A stretch of DNA of 64,000 nt, from the NCBI GenBank assembly GCA_964016885.1, contig OZ024748.1, forward strand, positions 24,428,001 to 24,492,000. Direction: 5' to 3'. The position numbers were made by a program, and so were the translations under genes. The notes under the pieces are model-generated. The model did no database searches, had not been told where the DNA came from, and was given only the letters and a program-made list of their open reading frames with translations. Positions 13,401-26,700 of the stretch are shown one piece after another; the stretch's first letter is position 1, and the number at the start of each line of letters is the position of its first letter. The stretch comes from Eledone cirrhosa (Eukaryota).

Positions 13401-16400
13401 CCTGGTTGCCAGTCAACTATCTACAATACTTGACTTGATCCTGGTTGTCAGTCAACTATCTACAATACTTGACTTGATCCTTGTTTTCAGTCAACTATCT
13501 ACAATAATTGACTTGATCCTTGTTGCCAGTCAACTATCTACAATACTTGACTTAATCCTTGTTGCCTGTCAACTATCTACAACACTTGACTTGATCCTTG
13601 TTTTCAGTCAACTATCTACAATAATTGACTTGATCCTTGTTGTCAGTCAACTATCTACAATACATAACTTTATCCTTGTTGTCAGTCAACTATCTACAAT
13701 ACTTGACTTGATCCTTGTTGCCAGTCAACTATCTACAATACTTGACTTTTCCTTGTTTTCAGTCAACTATCTACAATACTTGACTTGATCCTTGTTTTCA
13801 GTCAACTATCTACAATAATTGACTTGATCTTGTTGCCAGTCAACTATCTACAATACTTGACTTGATCCTTGTTGCCAGTCAACTATCTACAATACTTGAC
13901 TTGATCCTTGTTTTCAGTCAACTTTCTACAATAATTGACTTGATCTTGTTGCCAGTCAACTATCTACAATACTTGACTTGATCCTTGTTGCCAGTCAACT
14001 ATCTACAATACTTGACTTGATCCTTGTTTTCAGTCAACCATCTACAATAATTGACTTGATCCTTGTTGTTAGTCAACTATCTACAATACTTAACTTTATC
14101 CTTGTTGTCAGTCAACTATCTACAATACTTGACTTGATCCTTGTTGCCAGTCAACTATCTACAATACTTGACTTGATCCATGTTGCCAGTCAACTATCTA
14201 CAATACTTGACTTGATCCTTGTTGCCAGTCAACTATCAACAATACTTGACTTGATCCTTGTTTTCAGTCAACTATCTACAATAATTGACTTGATCCTTGT
14301 TGTCAGTCAACTATCTACAATACTTAACTTTATCCTTGTTGTCAGTCAACTATCTACAATACATGACTTGATCCTTGTTGTCAGTCAACTATCTACAATA
14401 CTTGACTTGATCCTTGTTGTCAGTCAACTATCTACAATACTTGACTTGATCCTTGTTTTCAGTCAACCATCTACAATAATTGACTTGATCCTTGTTGTCA
14501 GTCAACTATCTACAATAATTGACTTGATCCTTGTTGTCAGTCAACTATCTACAATACTTAACTTTATCCTTGTTTTCAGTCAACTATCTACAATACTTGA
14601 CTTGATCCTTGTTGCCAGTCAACTATCTACAATAATTGACTTGATCCTTGTTGCCAGTCAACTATCTACAATACTTGACTTGATCCTTGTTGCCTGTCAA
14701 CTATCTACAATACTTGACTTGATCCTTGTTTTCAGTGAACTATCTACAATAATTGACTTGATCCTTGTTGTCAGTCAACTATCTACAATACTTAACTTTA
14801 TCCTTGTTGTCAGTCAACTATCTACAACACTTGACTTGATCCTTGTTGTCAGTCAACTATCTACAATACTTGACTTGATCCTTGTTGTCAGTCAACTATC
14901 TAAAATAATTGACTTGATCCTTGTTGTCAGTCAACTATCTACAATACTTGACTTGATCCTTGTTCCCAGTCAACTATCAACAATACTTGACTTGATCCTT
15001 GTTTTCAGTCAACTATCTACAATAATTGACTTGATCCTTGTTGTCAGTCAACTATCTACAATACTTAACTTTATCCTTGTTGCCAGTCAACTATCTGCAA
15101 TACTTGACTTGATCCTTGTTTTCAGTCAACTATCTACAATACTTGACTTGATCCTTGTTGTCAGTCAACTATCTACAATACTTGACTTGATCCTTGTTGT
15201 CAGTCAACCATCTACAATACTTGACTTGATCCTTGTTGCCAGTCAACTATCTACAATACTTGACTTGATCCTTGTTTTCAGTCAACTATCTACAATAGGT
15301 AACTTTATCCTTGTTGTCAGTCAACTATCTACAATACTTGACTTGATCCTGGTTGTCAGTCATCTATCTACAATAATTGACTTGATCCTTGTTGCCAGTC
15401 AACTATCTACAATACTTGACTTGATCCTTGTTGCCTGTCAACTATCTACAATACTTGACTTGATCCTTGTTTTCAGTCAACTATCTACAATAATTTACTT
15501 GATCCTTGTTGTCAGTCAACTATCTACAATACATAACTTTATCCTTGTTGTCAGTCAACTATCTACAATACTTGACTTGATCCTTGTTGCCAGTCAACTA
15601 TCTACAATACTTGACTTTATCATTGTTGCCAGTCAACTATCTACAATACTTGACTTGATCCTTGTTGTCAGTCAACTATCTACAATACTTGACTTGATCC
15701 TTGTTGCCAGTCAACTATCTACAATACTTGACTTGATCCTTGTTTTCAGTCAACTATCTACAATAGGTAACTTTATCCTTGTTGTCAGTCAACTATCTAC
15801 AATACTTGACTTGATCCTTGTTGCCAGTCAACTATCTACAATACTTGACTTTATCCTTGTTGCCAGTCAACTATCTACAATACTTGACTTTTCCTTGTTG
15901 TCAGTCAACTATCTACAATAATTGACTTGATCCTTGTTTTCAGTCAACTATCTACAATACTTGACTTGATCCTTGTTTTCAGTCAACTATCTACAATAAT
16001 TGACTTGATCCTTGTTGTCAGTCAACTATCTACAATACTTGACTTGATCCTTGTTGTCAGTCAACTATCTACAATACTTGACTTGATCCTGGTTGCCAGT
16101 CAACTATCTACAATACTTGACTTGATCCTTGTTGTCAGTCAACTATCTACAATACTTGACTTGATCCTGGTTGTCAGTCAACTATCTACAATACTTGACT
16201 TGATCCTTGTTTTCAGTCAACTATCTACAATAATTGACTTGATCCTTGTTGCCAGTCAACTATCTACAATACTTGACTTAATCCTTGTTGCCTGTCAACT
16301 ATCTACAACACTTGACTTGATCCTTGTTTTCAGTCAACTATCTACAATAATTGACTTGATCCTTGTTGTCAGTCAACTATCTACAATACATAACTTTATC

Positions 16401-17700
16401 CTTGTTGTCAGTCAACTATCTACAATACTTGACTTGATCCTTGTTGCCAGTCAACTATCTACAATACTTGACTTTTCCTTGTTTTCAGTCAACTATCTAC
16501 AATACTTGACTTGATCCTTGTTTTCAGTCAACTATCTACAATAATTGACTTGATCCTTGTTGTCAGTCAACTATCTACATTACTTGACTTTATCCTTGTT
16601 GCCAGTCAACTATCTACAATGCTTGACTTGATCCTTGTTTTCAGTCAACTATCTACAATAATTGACTTGATCTTGTTGCCAGTCAACTATCTACAATACT
16701 TGACTTGATCCTTGTTGCCAGTCAACTATCTACAATACTTGACTTGATCCTTGTTTTCAGTCAACCATCTACAATAATTGACTTGATCCTTGTTGTTAGT
16801 CAACTATCTACAATACTTAACTTTATCCTTGTTGTCAGTCAACTATCTACAATACTTGACTTGATCCTTGTTGCCAGTCAACTATCTACAATACTTGACT
16901 TGATCCATGTTGCCAGTCAACTATCTACAATACTTGACTTGATCCTTGTTGCCAGTCAACTATCAACAATACTTGACTTGATCCTTGTTTTCAGTCAACT
17001 ATCTACAATAATTGACTTGATCCTTGTTGTCAGTCAACTATCTACAATACTTAACTTTATCCTTGTTGTCAGTCAACTATCTACAATACATGACTTGATC
17101 CTTGTTGTCAGTCAACTATCTACAATACTTGACTTGATCCTTGTTGTCAGTCAACTATCTACAATACTTGACTTGATCCTTGTTTTCAGTCAACCATCTA
17201 CAATAATTGACTTGATCCTTGTTGTCAGTCAACTATCTACAATAATTGACTTGATCCTTGTTGTCAGTCAACTATCTACAATACTTAACTTTATCCTTGT
17301 TTTCAGTCAACTATCTACAATACTTGACTTGATCCTTGTTGCCAGTCAACTATCTACAATAATTGACTTGATCCTTGTTGCCAGTCAACTATCTACAATA
17401 CTTGACTTGATCCTTGTTGCCTGTCAACTATCTACAATACTTGACTTGATCCTTGTTTTCAGTGAACTATCTACAATAATTGACTTGATCCTTGTTGTCA
17501 GTCAACTATCTACAATACTTAACTTTATCCTTGTTGTCAGTCAACTATCTACAACACTTGACTTGATCCTTGTTGTCAGTCAACTATCTACAATACTTGA
17601 CTTGATCCTTGTTGTCAGTCAACTATCTAAAATAATTGACTTGATCCTTGTTGTCAGTCAACTATCTACAATACTTGACTTGATCCTTGTTCCCAGTCAA
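10480..17700. repeat. Higher-order tandem duplication, period ~2.69-2.73 kb (69-70 monomers), ~2.6 copies
   Basis: The ORF-track translations of 11291-13234 and 13978-15921 (both 647 aa) differ at about one position. Offsets are 2687 (69x39-4) and then 2727 (70x39-3) to 16705. Shared rare markers: CCATGTT, CAGTGAAC, CTAAAAT, AACTTTCT. Boundaries approximate. Confidence 0.88.
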
Positions 17701-20700
17701 CTATTAACAATACTTGACTTGATCCTTGTTTTCAGTCAACTATCTACAATAATTGACTTGATCCTTGTTTTCAGTCAACTATCTACAATAATTGACTTGA
17801 TCCTTGTTGTCAGTCAACTATCTACAATACTTAACTTTATCCTTGTTGTCAGTCAACTATCTACAACGCTTGACTTGATCCTTGTTGACAGTCAACTATC
17901 TACAATACTTGACTTGATCCTTGTTGTCAGTCAACTATCTACAATAATTGACTTGATCCTTGTTGTCAGTCAACTATCTACAATACTTGACTTGATCCAT
18001 GTTGCCAGTCAACTATCTACAATACTTGACTTGATCCTTGTTGCCAGTCAACTATCAACAATACTTGACTTGATCCTTGTTTTCAGTCAACTATCTACAA
18101 TAATTGACTTGATCCTTGTTGTCAGTCAACTATCTACAATACTTAACTTTATCCTTGTTGTCAGTCAACTATCTACAATACATGACTTGATCCTTGTTGT
18201 CAGTCAACTATCTACAATACTTGACTTGATCCTTGTTGTCAGTCAACTATCTACAATACTTGACTTGATCCTTGTTTTCAGTCAACCATCTACAATAATT
18301 GACTTGATCCTTGTTGTCAGTCAACTATCTACAATAATTGACTTGATCCTTGTTGTCAGTCAACTATCTACAATACTTAACTTTATCCTTGTTTTCAGTC
18401 AACTATCTACAATACTTGACTTGATCCTTGTTGCCAGTCAACTATCTACAATAATTGACTTGATCCTTGTTGCCAGTCAACTATCTACAATACTTGACTT
18501 GATCCTTGTTGCCTGTCAACTATCTACAATACTTGACTTGATCCTTGTTTTCAGTGAACTATCTACAATAATTGACTTGATCCTTGTTGTCAGTCAACTA
18601 TCTACAATACTTAACTTTATCCTTGTTGTCAGTCAACTATCTACAACACTTGACTTGATCCTTGTTGTCAGTCAACTATCTACAATACTTGACTTGATCC
18701 TTGTTGTCAGTCAACTATCTAAAATAATTGACTTGATCCTTGTTGTCAGTCAACTATCTACAATACTTGACTTGATCCTTGTTCCCAGTCAACTATCAAC
18801 AATACTTGACTTGATCCTTGTTTTCAGTCAACTATCTACAATAATTGACTTGATCCTTGTTGTCAGTCAACTATCTACAATACTTAACTTTATCCTTGTT
18901 GCCAGTCAACTATCTGCAATACTTGACTTGATCCTTGTTTTCAGTCAACTATCTACAATACTTGACTTGATCCTTGTTGTCAGTGAACTATCTACAATAC
19001 TTGACTTGATCCTTGTTGTCAGTCAACTATCTACAATACTTGACTTGATCCTTGTTGCCAGTCAACTATCTACAATACTTGACTTGATCCTTGTTTTCAG
19101 TCAACTATCTACAATAGGTAACTTTATCCTTGTTGTCAGTCAACTATCTACAATACTTGACTTGATCCTTGTTGCCAGTCAACTATCTACAATACTTGAC
19201 TTGATCCTTGTTTTCAGTCAACTATCTACAATACTTAACTTTATCCTTGTTGTCAGTCAACTATCTACAATACATGACTTGATCCTTGTTGTCAGTCAAC
19301 TATCTACAATACTTGACTTGATCCTTGTTGTCAGTCAACTATCTACAATACTTGACTTGATCCTTGTTTTCAGTCAACCATCTACAATAATTGACTTGAT
19401 CCTTGTTGTCAGTCAACTATCTACAATAATTGACTTGATACTTGTTGTCAGTCAACTATCTACAATACTTAACTTTATCCTTGTTGTCAGTCAACTATCT
19501 ACAATACTTGACTTGATCCTTGTTGCCAGTCAACTATCTACAATAATTGACTTGATCCTTGTTGCCAGTCAACTATCTACAATACTTGACTTGATCCTTG
19601 TTGCCTGTCAACTATCTACAATACTTGACTTGATCCTTGTTTTCAGTCAACTATCTACAATAATTGACTTGATCCTTGTTGTCAGTCAACTATCTACAAT
19701 ACTTAACTTTATCCTTGTTGTCAGTCAACTATCTACAACGCTTGACTTGATCCTTGTTGACAGTCAACTATCTACAATACTTGACTTGATCCTTGTTGTC
19801 AGTCAACTATCTACAATAATTGACTTGATCCTTGTTGTCAGTCAACTATCTACAATATTTGACTTGATCCTTGTTCCCAGTCAACTATCAACAATACTTG
19901 ACTTGATCCTTGTTTTCAGTCAACTATCTACAATAATTGACTTGATCCTTGTTGTCAGTCAACTATCTACAATACTTAACTTTATCCTTGTTGCCAGTCA
20001 ACTATCTGCAATACTTGACTTGATCCTTGTTTTCAGTCAACTATCTACAATACTTGACTTGATCCTTGTTTTCAGTCAACTATCTACAATAGGTAACTTT
20101 ATCCTTGTTGTCAGTCAACTATCTACAATAATTGACTTGATCCTTGTTGCCAGTCAACTATCTACAATACTTGACTTGATCCTTGTTGCCTGTCAACTAT
20201 CTACAATACTTGACTTGATCCTTGTTTTCAGTCAACCATCTACAATAATTGACTTGATCCTTGTTGTCAGTCAACTATCTACAATAATTGACTTGATCCT
20301 TGTTGTCAGTCAACTATCTACAATACTTAACTTTATCCTTGTTTTCAGTCAACTATCTACAATAGGTAACTTTATCCTTGTTGTCAGTGAACTATCTACA
20401 ATAATTGACTTGATCCTTGTTGCCAGTCAACTATCTACAATACTTGACTTGATCCTTGTTGCCTGTCAACTATCTACAATACTTGACTTGATCCTTGTTT
20501 TCAGTGAACTATCTACAATAATTGACTTGATCCTTGTTGTCAGTCAACTATCTACAATACTTAACTTTATCCTTGTTGTCAGTCAACTATCTACAATACT
20601 TGACTTGATCCTGGTTGCCAGTCAACTATCTACAATACTTGACTTGATCCTTGTTGTCAGTCAACTATCTACAATACTTGACTTGATCCTGGTTGCCAGT

Positions 20701-23700
20701 CAACTATCTACAATATTTTACTTGATCCTTGTTGTCAGTCAACTATCTACATTACTTGACTTTATCCTTGTTGCCAGTCAACTATCTACAATACTTGACT
20801 TGATCCTTGTTGTCAGTCAACTATCTACAATACTTGACTTGATCCTGGTTGCCAGTCAACTATCTACAATACTTGACTTGATCCTTGTTGTCAGTCAACT
20901 ATCTACAATACTTGACTTGATCCTGGTTGTCAGTCAACTATCTACAATACTTGACTTGATCCTTGTTTTCAGTCAACTATCTACAATAATTGACTTGATC
21001 CTTGTGGCCAGTCAACTATCTACAATACTTGACTTAATCCTTGTTGCCTGTCAACTATCTACAATACTTGACTTGATCCTTGTTTTCAGTCAACTATCTA
21101 CAATAATTGACTTGATCCTTGTTGTCAGTCAACTATCTACAATACATAACTTTATCCTTGTTGTCAGTCAACTATCTACAATACTTGACTTGATCCTTGT
21201 TGCCAGTCAACTATCTACAATACTTGACTTTTCCTTGTTTTCAGTCAACTATCTACAATACTTGACTTGATCCTTGTTTTCAGTCAACTATCTACAATAA
21301 TTGACTTGATCCTTGTTGTCAGTCAACTATCTACATTACTTGACTTTATCCTTGTTGCCAGTCAACTATCTACAATACTTGACTTGATCCTTGTTTTCAG
21401 TCAACTATCTACAATAATTGACTTGATCTTGTTGCCAGTCAACTATCTACAATACTTGACTTGATCCTTGTTGCCAGTCAACTATCTACAATACTTGACT
21501 TGATCCTTGTTTTCAGTCAACCATCTACAATAATTGACTTGATCCTTGTTGTTAGTCAACTATCTACAATACTTAACTTTATCCTTGTTGTCAGTCAACT
21601 ATCTACAATACTTGACTTGATCCTTGTTGCCAGTCAACTATCTACAATACTTGACTTGATCCATGTTGCCAGTCAGCTATCTACAATACTTGACTTGATC
21701 CTTGTTGCCAGTCAACTATCAACAATACTTGACTTGATCCTTGTTTTCAGTCAACTATCTACAATAATTGACTTGATCCTTGTTGTCAGTCAACTATCTA
21801 CAATACTTAACTTTATCCTTGTTGTCAGTCAACTATCTACAATACATGACTTGATCCTTGTTGTCAGTCAACTATCTACAATACTTGACTTGATCCTTGT
21901 TGTCAGTCAACTATCTACAATACTTGACTTGATCCTTGTTTTCAGTCAACCATCTACAATAATTGACTTGATCCTTGTTGTCAGTCAACTATCTACAATA
22001 ATTGACTTGATCCTTGTTGTCAGTCAACTATCTACAATACTTAACTTTATCCTTGTTTTCAGTCAACTATCTACAATACTTGACTTGATCCTTGTTGCCA
22101 GTCAACTATCTACAATAATTGACTTGATCCTTGTTGCCTGTCAACTATCTACAATACTTTACTTGATCCTTGTTTTCAGTGAACTATCTACAGTAATTGA
22201 CTTGATCCTTTTTGTCAGTCAACTATCTACAATACTTAACTTTATCCTTGTTGTCAGTCAACTATCTACAACACTTGACTTGATACTTGTTGTCAGTCAA
22301 CTATCTACAATACTTGACTTGATCCTTGTTGTCAGTCAACTATCTAAAATAATTGACTTGATCCTTGTTGTCAGTCAACTATCTACAATACTTGACTTGA
22401 TCCTTGTTCCCAGTCAACTATCAACAATACTTGACTTGATCCTTGTTTTCAGTCAACTATCTACAATAATTGACTTGATCCTTGTTGTCAGTCAACTATC
22501 TACAATACTTAACTTTATCCTTGTTGCCAGTCAACTATCTGCAATACTTGACTTGATCCTTGTTTTCAGTCAACTATCTACAATACTTGACTTGATCCTT
22601 GTTGTCAGTCAACTATCTACAATACTTGACTTGATCCTTGTTGTCAGTCAACTATCTACAATACTTGACTTGATCCTTGTTGCCAGTCAACTATCTACAA
22701 TACTTGACTTGATCCTTGTTTTCAGTCAACTATCTACAATAGGTAACTTTATCCTTGTTGTCAGTCAACTATCTACAATACTTGACTTGATCCTTGTTGC
22801 CAGTCAACTATCTACAATACTTAACTTTATCCTTGTTGTCAGTCAACTATCTACAATACATGACTTGATCCTTGTTGTCAGTCAACTATCTACAATACTT
22901 GACTTGATCCTTGTTGTCAGTCAACAATCTACAATACTTGACTTGATCCTTGTTTTCAGTCAACCATCTACAATAATTGACTTGATCCTTGTTGTCAGTC
23001 AACTATCTACAATAATTGACTTGATCCTTGTTGTCAGTCAACTATCTACAATACTTAACTTTATCCTTGTTGTCAGTCAACTATCTACAATACTTGACTT
23101 GATCCTTGTTGCCAGTCAACTATCTACAATAATTGACTTGATCCTTGTTGCCAGTCAACTATCTACAATACTTGACTTGATCCTTGTTGCCTGTCAACTA
23201 TCTACAATACTTGACTTGATCCTTGTTTTCAGTCAACTATCTACAATAATTGACTTGATCCTTGTTGTCAGTCAACTATCTACATTACTTAACTTTATCC
23301 TTGTTGCCAGTCAACTATCTGCAATACTTGACTTGATCCTTGTTTTCAGTCAACTATCTACAATACTTGACTTGATCCTTGTTTTCAGTCAACTATCTAC
23401 AATAGGTAACTTTATCCTTGTTGTCAGTCAACTATCTACAATAATTGACTTGATCCTTGTTGCCAGTCAACTATCTACAATACATGACTTGATCCTTGTT
23501 GCCTGTCAACTATCTACAATACTTGACTTGATCCTTGTTTTCAGTGAACTATCTACAATAATTGACTTGATCCTTGTTGTCAGTCAACTATCTACAATAC
23601 TTAACTTTATCCTTGTTGTCAGTCAACTATCTACAACACTTGACTTGATCCTTGTTGTCAGTCAACTATCTACAATACTTGACTTGATCCTTGTTGTCAG

Positions 23701-26700
23701 TCAACTATCTAAAATAATTGACTTGATCCTTGTTGTCAGTCAACTATCTACAATACTTGACTTGATCCTTGTTCCCAGTCAACTATCAACAATACTTGAC
23801 TTGATCCTTGTTTTCAGTCAACTATCTACAATAATTGACTTGATCCTTGTGGTCAGTCAACTATCTACAATACTTAACTTTATCCTTGTTGCCAGTCAAC
23901 TATCTGCAATACTTGACTTGATCCTTGTTTTCAGTCAACTATCTACAATACTTGACTTGATCCTTGTTTTCAGTCAACTATCTACAATACTTAAATTTAT
24001 CCTTGTTGTCAGTCAACTATCTACAATAATGGACTTGATCCTTGTTGCCAGTCAACTATCTACAATACTTGACTTGATCCTTGTTGCCTGTCAACTATCT
24101 ACAATAATTGACTAGATCCTTGTTGTCAGTCAACTATCTACAATAATTGACTTGATCCTTGTTGTCAGTCAACTATCTACAATAATTGACTTGATCCTTG
24201 TTGTCAGTCAACTATCTACAATACTTGACTTGATCCTTGTTCCCAGTCAACTATCAACAATACTTGACTTGATCCTTGTTTTCAGTCAACTATCTACAAT
24301 AATTGACTTGATCCTTGTTGTCAGTCAACTATCTACAATACTTAACTTTATCCTTGTTGCCAGTCAACTATCTGCAATACTTGACTTGATCCTTGTTTTC
24401 AATCAACTATCTACAATAATTGACTTGATCCTTGTTGTCAGTCAACTATCTACAATACTTGACTTGAACCTTGTTGCCAGTCAACTATCTACAATACTTG
24501 ACTTGATCCTTGTTGTCAGTCAACTATCTACAATACTTGACTTGATCCTTGTTGTCAGTCAACTATCTACAATACTTGACTTGATCCTTGTTTTCAGTCA
24601 ACTATCTACAATAGGTAACTTTATCCTTGTTGTCAGTCAACTATCTACAATACTTGACTTGATCCTTGTTGCCAGTCAACTATCTACAATACTTGACTTT
24701 ATCCTTGTTGCCAGTCAACTATCTACAATACTTGACTTTTCCTTGTTGTCAGTCAACTATCTACAATAATTGACTTGATCCTTGTTTTCAGTCAACTATC
24801 TACAATACTTGACTTGATCCTTGTTTTCAGTCAACTATCTACAATAATTGACTTGATCCTTGTTGTCAGTCAACTATCTACATTACTTGACTTTATCCTT
24901 GTTGCCAGTCAACTATCTACAATACTTGACTTGATCCTTGTTGTCAGTCAACTATCTACAATACTTGACTTGATCCTGGTTGCCAGTCAACTATCTACAA
25001 TACTTGACTTGATCTTTGTTGTCAGTCAACTATCTACAATAATTGACTTGATCCTTGTTGTCAGTCAACTATCTACAATACATAACTTTATCCTTGTTGT
25101 CAGTCAACTATCTACAATACTTGACTTGATCCTTGTTGCCAGTCAACTATCTACAATACTTGACTTTTCCTTGTTGTCAGTCAACTATCTACAATAATTG
25201 ACTTGATCCTTGTTTCCAGTCAACTATCTACAATACTTGACTTGATCCTTGTTTTCAGTCAACTATCTACAATAATTGACTTGATCCTTGTTGTCAGTCA
25301 ACTATCTACAATACTTGACTTGATCCTTGTTGTCAGTCAACTATCTACAATACTTGACTTGATCCTGGTTGCCAGTCAACTATCTACAATACTTGACTTG
25401 ATCCTTGTTGTCAGTCAACTATCTACAATACTTGACTGGATCCTGGTTGCAAGTCAACTATCTACAATATTTTACTTGATCCTTGTTGTCAGTCAACTAT
25501 CTACATTACTTGACTTTATCCTTGTTGCCAGTCAACTATCTACAATACTTGACTTGATCCTTGTTGTCAGTCAACTATCTACAATACTTGACTTGATCCT
25601 GGTTGCCAGTCAACTATCTACAATACTTGACTTGATCCTTGTTGTCAGTCAACTATCTACAATACTTGACTTGATGCTGGTTGTCAGTCAACTATCTACA
25701 ATACTTGACTTGATCCTTGTTGTCAGTCAACTATCTACAATACTTGACTTTATCCTTGTTGCCAGTCAACTATCTACAATACTTGACTTGATCCTTGTTG
25801 TCAGTCAACTATCTACAATACTTGACTTGATCCTGGTTGCCAGTCAACTATCTACAATACTTGACTTGATCCTTTTTGTCAGTCAACTATCTACAATACT
25901 TGACTTGATCCTGGTTGTCAGTCAACTATCTACAATACTTGACTTGATCCTTGTTTTCAGTCAACTATCTACAATAATTGACTTGATCTTGTTGCCAGTC
26001 AACTATCTACAATACTTGACTTGATCCTTGTTGCCAGTCAACTATCTACAATACTTGACTTGATCCTTGTTTTCAGTCAACCATCTACAATAATTGACTT
26101 GATCCTTGTTGTTAGTCAACTATCTACAATACTTAACTTTATCCTTGTTGTCAGTCAACTATCTACAATACTTGACTTGATCCTTGTTGTCAGTCAATTA
26201 TCTACAATAATTGACTTGATCCTTGTTGCCAGTCAACTATCTACAATACTTGACTTGATCCTTGTTGCCAGTCAACTATCAACAATACTTGACTTGATCC
26301 TTGTTTTCAGTCAACTATCTACAATAATTGACTTAATTCTTGTTGTCAGTCAACTATCTACAATAATTAACTTTATCCTTGTTGTCAGTCAACTATCTAC
26401 AATACATGACTTGATCCTTGTCAGTCAACTATCTACAATACTTGACTTGATCCTTGTTGTCAGTCAACTATCTACAATACTTGACTTGATCCTTGTTTTC
26501 AGTCAACCATCTACAATAATTGACTTGATCCTTGTTGTCAGTCAACTATCTACAATAATTGACTTGATCCTTGTTGTCAGTCAACTATCTACAATACTTA
26601 ACTTTATCCTTGTTGTCAGTCAACTATCTACAATACTTGACTTGATCCTTGTTGCCAGTCAACTATCTACAATAATAGACTTGATCCTTGTTGCCAGTCA

